A stretch of DNA of 64,000 nt from an uncultured cyanobacterium (GTDB taxonomy: Bacteria; Cyanobacteriota; Cyanobacteriia; Cyanobacteriales; Nostocaceae): contig OY970166.1 in the NCBI GenBank assembly GCA_963706595.1, positions 2,432,001 through 2,496,000 of the forward strand. Reading direction: 5' to 3'. Below the pieces are notes generated by a model. That model ran no database searches. It saw only the letters and a program-made list of their open reading frames with translations, and was not told the DNA's origin. This document shows positions 52,468 to 62,430 of the stretch, piece after piece (position 1 is the stretch's first letter; every line of letters begins with the position of its first letter). The position numbers and the translations under genes were made by a program.

Positions 52468-54690
52468 TTATTGCTGATTCTCCATCACATATTTCTGCCA
52501 CATTTGCTGATAAGCGTTTTCCATATCACGAGTAAACTGTTTACCATTCCACAGTGGTGCAATTTGACGCGACTGTAATAACTTCCAATTTATTTGTTGT
52601 CTCAAATTAGCATCAGTACCTAAACGCACACCCCACTGAATATACTCCTCATCACTCCAAGCTATACCTTCACTAATACCTGCATTTACCATCATGGTGT
52701 AACTATTCCGTGCCGAAAATTGCTCACCTACTCTTGTTACTAGAGGTACACCCATCCATAGAGTTTCCATTGTCGTGGTTGCACCATTATAGGGATAGGT
52801 ATCTAACACCACATCAGCAATAGTTAAATTAGCACGATGAATTGAGGATGACGGGACTTTTTCTAAAAAGCGTAATCTCTGTTTATTTACTCCTTCTGAC
52901 TCCGCAATTTGTTCAAAGAACTCTCTGACTACACCTACATCTTTATTAATATCTTTGATGCAAAAATAACTATTTGGTACTTCCTTGAGGATTTTCATCT
53001 GTAAACGCACATTATCAGGGTTGCGTTTATAACCAGACTGGGCGCTAAAATAAATGACTGCATCACTAGGAATTTCTAAATCCTCTCGTCGCAAAGTCGG
53101 TACACCTACTTCAAAACCATCAACAGCTAGATAGGTATTTGGTAATCGCCAAATTTTTTCACTGTAATATTCTTGAGCATATTCTGGTAAAACATAATTA
53201 TCAGCAATATAGTAATCAATAGCAGGTATACCCGAACCATCCCAACCTAACCATGTTACTTGAATTGGTGCTGGTTTTAATGCCACTGCTTCACAGCTAA
53301 TATCCGCAGTCATACTATCCAAATCTATTAAAATATCAATTTCATCTTGATGAATTTGTTCAGCAATTTCAATTCCATCTCGCCCTAATTTCCTGACATG
53401 ATCTGAATTTTGTTCATACCAATCTTGCAGAAAGTCACGAATATGAAAACGGTAAGTAGCAAAATAAGTATAAATTTCAAATTCTTCTCTATTGTGATGT
53501 TGATATAACCATCTTGCTAACCAACCTACTGAATGTTCTCGCAAACAATGGGAAAGATAACCTATTTTTAGTTTTTTCTTAGGGGCTTTTATTCTTTGAA
53601 TATTAGCGTGAGAATAGCGGTTATATTGTTCTTGAGCATAAGCTTGTATGCTGGTTTGGCATATTTTCAGGATTTCATTATGTAAAAAGCGGTTTTGTCG
53701 AGCAGCATCACGCAAATAGGGCAGATAATATGTACAATTAAGTAAACGATAAATTTTATTTCTCTCTAAATTCGGTTTTTCTGTAATTAGCTTATTTAAA
53801 TAACTTTCATACTGTTGGATAACTGGGATAGCTTCATACCAACGTCCACCAGAACGTAATAAACCCTGTAATACCATGACATTAGCATTGATTAAATCAG
53901 TGGTATGAGTTGATAAATTCTGTATTTTTTGAGAAAGATTAATTCCTTGGTCAAAATTGCTAACTTCATAATAAAAAGTTGCTAAGTGACTCAGGACTTC
54001 AGAAATAACTTCTGCATCTGGATAATTAATTTTTAAAGCTAGTTCAGCATATTTAATTGCTAAATTAAACTTGTGTCCTGTATAAGCTGCTTCCGTAGCA
54101 GTTATCATCAAACAGTGAGTCATTTGTAAGGGATCTAAATAGTGAATACACGCTTCAGAAAATTCTAATATCCAAAGCTCAAACCATAATAATTTGAGAG
54201 ATTTTTTTAAAACAAAAAATAGTAATTTTCTATCTATTGCTTCTATGTCAGAATTTAAGATTTCAATAATGCCTAATTCTTCAAAGTTATTTTGAGTCAG
54301 ATTTTCTAAATCTAAAGATAATTTGATTAGCTCTAAAATATTATTAATATTACCAGGATAAATCTCTCGTAAGTGTTGACGAATAACCCAAGCAAGTTGA
54401 TATTGTGTTAATTCTTCCTGTCTTTGTGCTTCTGTTTGTAATACCTTGACTAATTCATGAGTCCACTGCTCAATTTCTGCTTCTTCTCCCTCAAATATTG
54501 CTAACATCCAAGTAGTTTGTGCTTCTGCTTCTTGACCTTGTAAAAGTAAGGATAATCCAAGATACCAATGATATTCTTTAATTTCTGCTTGACTATTAAT
54601 TAATTCTTGATAAATTTCTCCTGCTTGATAATACTCACCTTGTTGAAAAGTTCTAAGCGCTCGTTTTGCTTGAGATTCTAGATTATTCAT
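52468..54690 (-). CDS. TPR + SPINDLY/O-GlcNAc transferase-like protein (OgtA-like), directly downstream of pilA
   Basis: Same catalytic motifs as paralogue 2; position matches pilA-ogtA of Nostoc punctiforme. Confidence 0.9.
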   Translation of the reverse strand: MNNLESQAKRALRTFQQGEYYQAGEIYQELINSQAEIKEYHWYLGLSLLLQGQEAEAQTTWMLAIFEGEEAEIEQWTHELVKVLQTEAQRQEELTQYQLAWVIRQHLREIYPGNINNILELIKLSLDLENLTQNNFEELGIIEILNSDIEAIDRKLLFFVLKKSLKLLWFELWILEFSEACIHYLDPLQMTHCLMITATEAAYTGHKFNLAIKYAELALKINYPDAEVISEVLSHLATFYYEVSNFDQGINLSQKIQNLSTHTTDLINANVMVLQGLLRSGGRWYEAIPVIQQYESYLNKLITEKPNLERNKIYRLLNCTYYLPYLRDAARQNRFLHNEILKICQTSIQAYAQEQYNRYSHANIQRIKAPKKKLKIGYLSHCLREHSVGWLARWLYQHHNREEFEIYTYFATYRFHIRDFLQDWYEQNSDHVRKLGRDGIEIAEQIHQDEIDILIDLDSMTADISCEAVALKPAPIQVTWLGWDGSGIPAIDYYIADNYVLPEYAQEYYSEKIWRLPNTYLAVDGFEVGVPTLRREDLEIPSDAVIYFSAQSGYKRNPDNVRLQMKILKEVPNSYFCIKDINKDVGVVREFFEQIAESEGVNKQRLRFLEKVPSSSIHRANLTIADVVLDTYPYNGATTTMETLWMGVPLVTRVGEQFSARNSYTMMVNAGISEGIAWSDEEYIQWGVRLGTDANLRQQINWKLLQSRQIAPLWNGKQFTRDMENAYQQMWQKYVMENQQ

Positions 54691-54712
54691 GATTGTGAAA
54701 CTAAAATAAAAA

Positions 54713-54745
54713 ATAAAAGTAGGTAAGAATATTACCTACTTTTAT
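54713..54745 (-). terminator. Hairpin/terminator between pilA and ogt
   Basis: ATAAAAGTAGGTAA-GAATA-TTACCTACTTTTAT followed on the minus strand by a T-rich tract. Confidence 0.65.
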
Positions 54746-54818
54746 ATTAATTACATGAAATTATATGTGTAATATGGTTGAAAAATTGATATTTTCCAAA
54801 GCCATTTTATAAACTATC

Positions 54819-55388
54819 TTATTCAATTGCTTTGAAGCCCTTAGTATCAACACATATTGGTGCAACTGTGCTAACAGCAGGAATAACAGTTACACCATCG
54901 GCAGCGAAAGCACCTGCATCTTTCTTCTGGCAAAGGATAGCAGTTGTTGTTGTCGCACCACCAGATAGAATTAGGTCAGTAACACCTATAAAGGATCTAA
55001 GATTACTGGTATTAATCGGATTAGCAACGTTCAGTGAGGCAATGAAAGCACCAGCATCATCTAAAGTACCACCACCAATTTTCTCAACTGTGTATTTATA
55101 GTTAGTAGTTTGAGTTGCAATACCTAGACCCATGTTGGTAATATCAGTAGCAAACTTCTGGTTTTCTAGATAGAATGTTTGTTGACCTCGGTTCATAGAA
55201 CCAGCGTATTGTTTACCCTCAGATTCTCTGGCTTTGTTAGCTTGGTTCAAGAAGGAAGGTAATGCAATAGCGGACAAAATACCGATGATGATGATTACAA
55301 CAAGTAATTCAATAAGTGTAAAACCTTGCTCGTCTTTCTTTTTATTGAGGATGTGTTGGAGAAACTTGGCTTTTAATTCGGTTTTCAT
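54819..55388 (-). CDS. pilA: Type IV major pilin
   Basis: MKTELKAKFLQH leader, G|FTLIELLVVIIIIGILSAIALP prepilin motif and a C-terminal Cys pair. Confidence 0.9.
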   Translation of the reverse strand: MKTELKAKFLQHILNKKKDEQGFTLIELLVVIIIIGILSAIALPSFLNQANKARESEGKQYAGSMNRGQQTFYLENQKFATDITNMGLGIATQTTNYKYTVEKIGGGTLDDAGAFIASLNVANPINTSNLRSFIGVTDLILSGGATTTTAILCQKKDAGAFAADGVTVIPAVSTVAPICVDTKGFKAIE

Positions 55389-55432
55389 AAGTGTTTTCCC
55401 TGAGTTATGATTTTATCTTCCGTTCTAGATAT

Positions 55433-55441
55433 AACTTACCC
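55433..55441 (-). promoter_or_regulatory. SigF-type promoter element of pilA
   Basis: GGGTAAGTT 44 nt upstream of the ATG; matches the GGGTAAR element known for cyanobacterial pilA promoters. Confidence 0.65.
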
Positions 55442-55498
55442 ACACTCGATCAATTTCATATCACCCCAACAAAAAATTTTTTCTCATCGTTGTTTGAG

Positions 55499-56830
55499 CT
55501 ACGAAGATTGACGCTCTAGCATTATGTAACCAAGGCTTTCTAGCCTCAAAAACCACTTTTTCACTATATTGAAAGCTTGCTCCTCATCTGTCGGTGTTGA
55601 GGTTACGGGGTCTATTGGTCTAAATTGTTTCCAACGCTCTACTAGAGACATCATCGGCTGGGGTTGATCGAACAAAGGTATCAAGCAACTGGCTATTGAG
55701 CTTTCTATCTCAATAAATCCTGGTGTCGGCGATAAATATTGACTAATCACAAATGGTCGAATTTCTTGAAGAGAAGCGATGATACCTTCTTGGAACTTGG
55801 AATTTTTTAACTGAGGACACAGATGCACTTGCGCTGTATGCCAATCAGAGTCAGTCCATTCGGAAATGGGTAAAACATCCTGTGCTGACTGAGGATGACC
55901 ACACCAAAAGTCAATCAGCCGATGAATAGGATGTAGTAGTTCAAATAAATGTAGGCTCTGTTCTACAGAAATATCTGGTAAGCTCATAGCCAGAAAAGCA
56001 GGTAAATTATCTGGCTCTTTGAATAAATCCATCAATTCCCACTGTCGCCAGTTAACCATACTGATAAACTCTAGGTCAGAGTCTCGCAAAGCGGTAAACA
56101 AATCAGTTACGGTGTAACCTTTATCCCCTTGAAACAAGTAATTCATTAAAATTAATTCTTTTCCGTCTTCCCCTTCATAATTGGAGTTCCACGTTGTAGC
56201 TTTAAGCTGGACATTATCCTTCAAAGCCTTCATACTTTCCACTACGATGTCCATTTCCATGTCTTCTGGGTTTCCTTCCATTAAACCCATCATGGTGAAG
56301 ACCTTTTGAGCGCGAAACAGATGGAATCTCTGAAGTGAACTATGTAGATTACTCCGAATAATCCCATCTGGCTTTAAAACTGCTTTCATTGCTCCTAACG
56401 CCACAGTCAAATCAGGAAAGAGATACAGCAGTTCATCACAATTAATATAATCAAATTGATAATTTAGGGTTGGCAATTCCTGAAGAGGCAAGACATGAAA
56501 CTCTGCGTTATCAAATCCATGATGTTCTAAACGCTGCCGAGCTAATTTAATTGATTCCTCTGAAATATCAACTCCGATAATTTTTGCTCCTGGATTAGCT
56601 TCTGCTAGAACTAGAGATTTATAACCAGTACCACATCCAGCATCTAAAATTACTTTATCTTTGGTATTTATAACTTTTTGGTTTCTTACATAATAAGATG
56701 TGAATAAGTTATGAATATAAAGTAAATTGGGTTTTTCTTTAGGTGATTGTTCAAGGGGAATTCGGGGATATGGACAACTGTCAAATTGTTGACGAATTTT
56801 CTCTAGTAGCTCAGATTCGATATTTACCAT
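55499..56830 (-). CDS. Class I SAM-dependent methyltransferase, upstream of pilA
   Basis: ILDAGCGTG, GVDISEESI and VLKPDGII. Confidence 0.88.
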   Translation of the reverse strand: MVNIESELLEKIRQQFDSCPYPRIPLEQSPKEKPNLLYIHNLFTSYYVRNQKVINTKDKVILDAGCGTGYKSLVLAEANPGAKIIGVDISEESIKLARQRLEHHGFDNAEFHVLPLQELPTLNYQFDYINCDELLYLFPDLTVALGAMKAVLKPDGIIRSNLHSSLQRFHLFRAQKVFTMMGLMEGNPEDMEMDIVVESMKALKDNVQLKATTWNSNYEGEDGKELILMNYLFQGDKGYTVTDLFTALRDSDLEFISMVNWRQWELMDLFKEPDNLPAFLAMSLPDISVEQSLHLFELLHPIHRLIDFWCGHPQSAQDVLPISEWTDSDWHTAQVHLCPQLKNSKFQEGIIASLQEIRPFVISQYLSPTPGFIEIESSIASCLIPLFDQPQPMMSLVERWKQFRPIDPVTSTPTDEEQAFNIVKKWFLRLESLGYIMLERQSS

Positions 56831-56878
56831 TGCGATTACTCCTGATACTAAATTTTTGGGTATGATTACACAAGTCTT

Positions 56879-56887
56879 AGTATGCCC
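56879..56887 (-). promoter_or_regulatory. Possible SigJ-type element
   Basis: GGGCATACT 48 nt upstream of the methyltransferase ATG; 8/9 match to the GGGAATACT J-box. Confidence 0.5.
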
Positions 56888-57137
56888 AAATTTTCATATT
56901 TATAACACATCACAACAGCAAGAGGTGATTATAAATTGCAGCTACTCAGACAAATACCACCAAACCTGGATTTTGTACGTCCGTGCTGGTAAGTGAAATT
57001 AGTGGGCTATAAGAACCCAACCCCCAACCCCCTCCCCGCAAGCGAGGAGGGGGCTATGATATAGCTTATATGATTAGGAAACGCTATATATTGTATTCAA
57101 ATCAGAATGGCTGTAAACTTTACCAAAAGTAGCATCA

Positions 57138-57935
57138 ATGAAAACAGATGTAATTTTTTATGAACTGATTAAGGAACTACCACAAATATTTTTTGAACTG
57201 ATTGAAAAACCTGATACAAATCCCAACATATATACATTCACTGCGCCTGAAGTTAAACAACAATCCTTTCGCTTAGATGGCGTATTTACCACAAGAGAGG
57301 GTTTTGAAAATGAACCTTTATATTTTGTAGAATTGCAAACCTACAAAGATGAAGAGTTTTACGAACGGCTTTTTGGGGAAATTTTTGTTTATTTCCGTCA
57401 ATATCAACCAGCGAACTCAGACTGGTATGCAATTGTCATTTACGACAAACGCATTCACGAAAGCCCACCTCATCCCCGCTATCGGGTTTTAACCGAACAG
57501 CATCTACACTGTGTTTATCTGAATGAACTTTCTACCAGAGATGAATATTCTTTGGGGTTAGGAATTGCTAAACTATTTGTAGAAACACCTAAAAAAGCAC
57601 CTTCCTTAGCCCAACAGCTAATCACTCAGGCGAGGCAAAACTTACCTGATGAAAATCTGCAAAAGAAAGTGCTAGCATTTATTCAAGCCATAGTATTTTA
57701 CAAGTTTCCCACGCTAGCTTTAGAGGAAATTGAAGCCATGCTTGATTTAGATGAATTCCAAAATACTCGACTATACCAGAGTATCTTAGAAAAGACCAGG
57801 CCGCAAACTGAATTAGAAACGAAATTAAAATTAGCCTCAAAACTTACCGAGAAAGGTATGAGTATTCAAGAAATAACAGAACTGTTAGAACTAGATGCCC
57901 AAATCATTAGGCAACATCTACAACAACAGTCATAG
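57138..57935 (+). CDS. Rpn family / DUF2887 PD-(D/E)XK protein
   Basis: MKTDVIFY...EVKQQSFRLDGVF...YFVELQ. Confidence 0.85.
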   Translation: MKTDVIFYELIKELPQIFFELIEKPDTNPNIYTFTAPEVKQQSFRLDGVFTTREGFENEPLYFVELQTYKDEEFYERLFGEIFVYFRQYQPANSDWYAIVIYDKRIHESPPHPRYRVLTEQHLHCVYLNELSTRDEYSLGLGIAKLFVETPKKAPSLAQQLITQARQNLPDENLQKKVLAFIQAIVFYKFPTLALEEIEAMLDLDEFQNTRLYQSILEKTRPQTELETKLKLASKLTEKGMSIQEITELLELDAQIIRQHLQQQS

Positions 57936-58952
57936 ATAATGCTTTCTCATGCTCCCCTCTCCTTAGTAAGGAGAGGGGCTGGGGGTGAGGTTCTTGATTC
58001 AGTTTAGTAAAGAACCACCGTGTACACACAACTTATCGAATCACTACCAGTCCTCGAATTACCCCACCCTAACCCTCCCCTTGCAAAGGGGAGGGGACTA
58101 GATTTTCCGGTTTCCCCCCTTGGAAAGGGGGGATTAAGGCAGGGCTGTTTCATTCCACAAGAGCAAGCAGTTTGTCAATATCATTAGAAAGAAATCTATG
58201 AGCAATTGTGATGGAAGTATGACCATTGCGGCGCAGTATATTCATAGCGATCGCTCTGAGAACTGAGAGATTTGCCGGAGCATTCCCCAGACGGATAGTG
58301 GAATTATCTTCCTTGAGAACGGTATCTTTAACCCAATGAAGGCAATTTTCGATACTCCAATGACCGCGAATGCCACAAGCAAATTCTGCGGCTGTGCGAA
58401 TCAGGCTACTGATATAACAGACAATCTCATGATATTTTTTACCCCCTCGTGTTCCGAATCTTTCCACTCGAATCAAAGATTTAATACCAGTCCATTGTGG
58501 GTCAATTCCATTCAAATCATCGAAAACTTCGACGATACGTGTTGTGAGTCTATCCCTAGTTTTTTCGGTTTGTACATAACGACTCTTTGGTTTTGTTAGT
58601 GCCGCAATGCGTTGAATATGACGGTGCAGTTTTGGCTGATTATTTTTGACGGCAATGACGTAATCGTTGTTGCTGTCTATGATTAACTGGCAAGTTTTTT
58701 TTGGCAATGTAGGGAATCAAAGCTAAATACAGCACCTTTTATTTCCAAAGTGGCAATTAATCTTTGTACGGTCTGGATTTCACTCTCCGTCTTATTTTCT
58801 AGTTTCTCCATACCTAAGACCAGCCCTCTTTTACTCGCAAATACTGAGACTATGCTGACAAAGTTCTGACTACATGACTTGTAGTTTTCAACTGTTCCTT
58901 TAATGCTTTTACCATCTATGCCACACCATTCTGATGGTTCTAAATCAACGTA

Positions 58953-59057
58953 GTGGACTGACAAGCTTAAAATAGTGCATTAGATAAAAGCAGAAAACAT
59001 TGATTTATCTCAATTTTGTCAAAAATCTATTGCAACATTTTAGCCTTGTCACCCCAG
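58953..59057. mobile_element. 105-bp MITE carrying the IS630 ends (left copy)
   Basis: GTGGACTGACAAGCTTAAAATAGTGCATTAG...TTGCAACATTTTAGCCTTGTCACCCCAG, bounded by TA. Confidence 0.85.
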
Positions 59058-59059
59058 TA

Positions 59060-60308
59060 GTGGCGTGACAAGCTTAAAATAGTGCATTAGAATGGAGGAA
59101 AAAAAAGGAGAAATTGATGGGGAGAGGTCGTAGAGATAAAGTCATATTAGATACAGAGAAAAGAAAAAGATTAGAAGCGATCGCTCGCAACGGACAGGCC
59201 CCAGCCAAAAAAATATTGCACGCACAGGTGTTGTTAATGTGCGATGAGGGAGAGGGTGCAAGGAAAAAATGGACAGATGAAGAAATAAGTATAGGGTTAA
59301 GGGTTCATCGCAATACGGTGGCAAGAATCAGGAAGAGGTTCCTCGAACAGGGAGAAGAACCTGCCTTAAATCGTCATCAGAGGTTAAAACCACCAAATGT
59401 CAGCAAGATAGATGGTCAGACTGAAGCCCAAATCATTGCATTATGTTGTTCTGAACCTCCCACGGGGCAAGCACACTGGAGTCTCAGATTACTGACGCAA
59501 GAAATTCAAAACCGAAAAATTATCATAGAAATTTCTAGGGAGACGATTAGAAAGACATTAAAAAAAACAAATTACGCCCCTGGAAAACAGAAAGATTTTG
59601 TATTCCCGAACGGGATATAGCACGTTTTGTCTCTCAAATGGAAGTAGTTTTAGACCTCTACAGCCAAGAACATAGTGATTTGGAACCTTTAATCTGTATG
59701 GATGAAGCTTCTAGACAATTAACAGGGCATCTTTATGAGCCAAAACCAATGGAACCGGGTGAAGATGCAAAAGAAGATTATCACTATACTCGCGAAGGAG
59801 TCCAAGCTTTGTTCATGTTTTTTGACCCGATCAGAGGTTGGCGACGTGTCAGCAATCGCGCTCATCGGACTCGTGTTGATTGGGCCGAAGAAGTCCGTCA
59901 ACTATTAGATGAAGACTATCCCCAAGCCACCAAGGTCAAATTGCTATGTGACAACCTCAACACTCATAGCATTACATCACTTTACGAAGCTTTTCCCGCA
60001 CCAGAAGCTCACCGCTTGGCTAGGAGACTGGAGATTTATTACACTCCTCGCAATGGAAGCTGGCTCAACGTTGCCGAAATTGAATTAAGCATTTTAAGCC
60101 AACAGTGCCTAGACCGACGAATTCCTAGTATTTGTCAACTATCTAGAGAATTGACCGCTTGGCAAAACGAACGTAACCGCACCGCAGGTAAAGTTATTTG
60201 GCGTTTTACTACTGATGATGCTCGTATAAAACTTAAACATCTTTACCCAGTGTTTGAAACTCACAAAATCGTTAATTCTAATGCAACATTTTAAGCTTGC
60301 CACGCTAC
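59060..60308 (+). mobile_element. IS630-family element
   Basis: Imperfect TIRs GTGGCGTGACAAGCTTAAAATAGTGCATTAGAAT / ATTCTAATGCAACATTTTAAGCTTGCCACGCTAC; TA on both sides. Confidence 0.92.
59114..60294 (+). CDS. IS630 transposase, OrfA/OrfB joined by a probable programmed -1 frameshift
   Basis: HTH OrfA (WSLRLL, ISRETIR); A8C slippery run at 59560-59568; DDE OrfB (CMDEA, CDNLNTH, WLNVAE). Confidence 0.9.
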
Positions 60309-60310
60309 TA

Positions 60311-60416
60311 CTGGCGTGGCAAGCTTAAAATAGTGCATTAGGTAAAAAGCAGAAAACATTGATTTATCTCGATTTTCTCAAAAATCTATTGCAACATTTT
60401 AGCCTTGTCACGCCAG
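60311..60416. mobile_element. 106-bp MITE carrying the IS630 ends (right copy)
   Basis: Close direct repeat of 58953-59057, bounded by TA. Confidence 0.85.
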
Positions 60417-60862
60417 TAGTGTTGCGCCCAATCATTGAATTTTGCCGCCAGTTTATCAAAGTCTACTCCCATCACGACACGTCTGATAGTTGAGTACGAA
60501 GGGACACCATGCTTTTGGATTCCAAATGTCTCTATCAATGTGCGCCGATGCCGTTTGACAAAATCTCCCCATGCACGATACCCGACATATCCACTCATGG
60601 TACCCATTATGACAAACAGCAATACCAACCAAAGTGGATGCCTTCTACCATCAGTCGTTCTAAAGTCTTCAACTTGCCTCAGTTGTTCAATCAGATTTGC
60701 ACCCATAATTTTTTATCCCCTTAACACTTGCAATTTTACCTGTTTTAGGGAATGAAACAGCCCTGGGGATTAAGGGGGGTAAATTCAGGGTCTGTGCTTG
60801 ATCTGCATCTCTTAGCTGATTATGCTATATTAGCCGTAGTCGTTATGAGTACAATTAATATT

Positions 60863-62233
60863 ATGCCTAACCCCACAGTAGAAAATTTGGTAATTATTGG
60901 TTCTGGGCCAGCTGGCTACACAGCCGCTATCTATGCAGGACGAGCAAATTTAAAACCTGTGGTCTTTGAAGGCTTTGAAATGGGGGGTTTACCTGGTGGT
61001 CAACTGATGACAACGACGGAAGTCGAAAACTTTCCGGGGTTCCCCCAAGGTATTACGGGACCGGAACTGATGGATAACATGAAGGCGCAAGCTGAACGCT
61101 GGGGCGCAGAGTTATATACTGAGGATGTGACATCTGTTGATTTGAGTCAGCGTCCTTTTATTGTCCGTTCCCAAGAAAGAGAAATCAAAACCCATAGTAT
61201 AGTTATAGCTACTGGTGCAACAGCCAAGCGTTTGGGTTTACCTAGCGAACATCAATTTTGGAGTCGGGGTATCTCTGCTTGTGCAATTTGCGACGGTGCG
61301 ACACCAATTTTTCACGGTGCAGAATTAGCTGTGATTGGTGCTGGCGACTCGGCGGCGGAAGAGTCTATTTATTTGACCAAATACGGTTCTAAAGTCAATC
61401 TGCTGGTGCGTTCTGATAAAATGCGCGCCTCTAAAGCTATGCAAGACCGGGTTTTAAGTAACCCTAAAATCCAAGTGCATTGGCATACTGAAGCGGTGGA
61501 TATCTTCGGTGATGGTTACATGGACGGGGTGAAGGTGCGGAATAATCAAACTGGTGCAGAAAGTGAAATTCACGCCAAGGGTTTATTTTACGCTGTTGGT
61601 CACACTCCCAATACTGCCTTATTTCAAGGACAACTAGAACTGGATGAGGTGGGTTATATTGTCACTAAAAACAATTCTGTAGAAACCAGTGTAGAAGGTG
61701 TGTTTGCAGCTGGCGACGTGCAGGACCATGAATTTCGCCAAGCAGTTACGGCTGCGGGTACTGGCTGTATGGCGGCGATGTTAGCTGAACGCTGGTTGTC
61801 GTCTAAGAGTTTAATTACAGAGTTTCATCATCAGTCAGCTACAGCAGTGAATGAATTGGAACCCCAGCCAGCGAAGAAAACGGAAGCGGAAAAGGAAGCT
61901 GGATTTAATTTGCAGGCGACTCGTCATGAGGGGGGTTATGCTTTAAGAAAATTATTCCATGAAAGCGATCGCCTACTCATAGTCAAATACATTTCCCCTG
62001 GTTGTGGCCCTTGTCATACCCTAAAACCGATATTAAATAAAGTCGTAGATGAATTTGAGGGTAAAATCCACTTTGTCGAAATCGACATCGACCAAGACAG
62101 AGATATTGCCGAAAATGCCAACGTCACCGGAACACCGACGATTCAATTCTTCAAGGATAAGGAACTTTTGAAAGAAGTCAAAGGTGTGAAGCAAAAGAGC
62201 GAATATCGTCAGATAATTGAAAGCTATCTTTAG
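60863..62233 (+). CDS. ntrC: NADPH-thioredoxin reductase fused to thioredoxin (NTRC)
   Basis: [19 protein letters not shown] and a C-terminal CGPC thioredoxin domain; probable ATG at 60863. Confidence 0.92.
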   Translation: MPNPTVENLVIIGSGPAGYTAAIYAGRANLKPVVFEGFEMGGLPGGQLMTTTEVENFPGFPQGITGPELMDNMKAQAERWGAELYTEDVTSVDLSQRPFIVRSQEREIKTHSIVIATGATAKRLGLPSEHQFWSRGISACAICDGATPIFHGAELAVIGAGDSAAEESIYLTKYGSKVNLLVRSDKMRASKAMQDRVLSNPKIQVHWHTEAVDIFGDGYMDGVKVRNNQTGAESEIHAKGLFYAVGHTPNTALFQGQLELDEVGYIVTKNNSVETSVEGVFAAGDVQDHEFRQAVTAAGTGCMAAMLAERWLSSKSLITEFHHQSATAVNELEPQPAKKTEAEKEAGFNLQATRHEGGYALRKLFHESDRLLIVKYISPGCGPCHTLKPILNKVVDEFEGKIHFVEIDIDQDRDIAENANVTGTPTIQFFKDKELLKEVKGVKQKSEYRQIIESYL

Positions 62234-62253
62234 ATGATGGTTTAAAAGTATGG

Positions 62254-62370
62254 GGCGATTAGAAATCGCTACTACACAAACAAAGTCCGCCTACGCGGAC
62301 TAATGATAAACTAAAGATTTTTAACCCACGGAGGTGGGTTTTGTCTGTGTAGCCGCGACTTCTAGTCGCC
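62254..62370. mobile_element. MITE family A, inverted relative to 1888-2003
   Basis: GGCGATTAGAAATCGC...GCCGCGACTTCTAGTCGCC. Confidence 0.8.
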
Positions 62371-62430
62371 AGGGCTGTTTTCATTCTCCGCGTCGGTAAG
62401 CTTCTATAAAAAATTCAATTCATCCTCTCT

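Larger units (their letters stand above)
58150..60706 (-). pseudogene. ISAs1 transposase in three pieces (60706-60417, 58952-58683, 58707-58150)
   Basis: DFRTTDGRRHPL, IDGKSIKG, VKNNQ and HWSIENCLHWVKD; split by the IS630 array and by a frameshift at an A8 run (plus-strand T8 at 58695-58702). Confidence 0.9.
58140..60765 (-). mobile_element. ISAs1-family insertion sequence, interrupted
   Basis: Perfect 17-bp TIRs CAGGGCTGTTTCATTCC / GGAATGAAACAGCCCTG; 10-bp target duplication GGGATTAAGG at 58130-58139 and 60766-60775. Confidence 0.93.

Noticed and set aside
50042..54690. Diversity-generating retroelement suggested by the near-identical repeats
   Set aside because: There is no reverse transcriptase, and the repeat is a >1 kb catalytic domain in two full genes rather than a short TR/VR pair.
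59560..59568. IS630 (and ISAs1) A-run frameshifts as novel recoding
   Set aside because: Split transposase ORFs with slippery A runs are well known in IS elements, so they are recorded as features only.
60752..60862. N-terminal extension of NTRC
   Set aside because: The upstream ATG lies inside the ISAs1 inverted repeat; resemblance to thioredoxin reductase begins at 60863.
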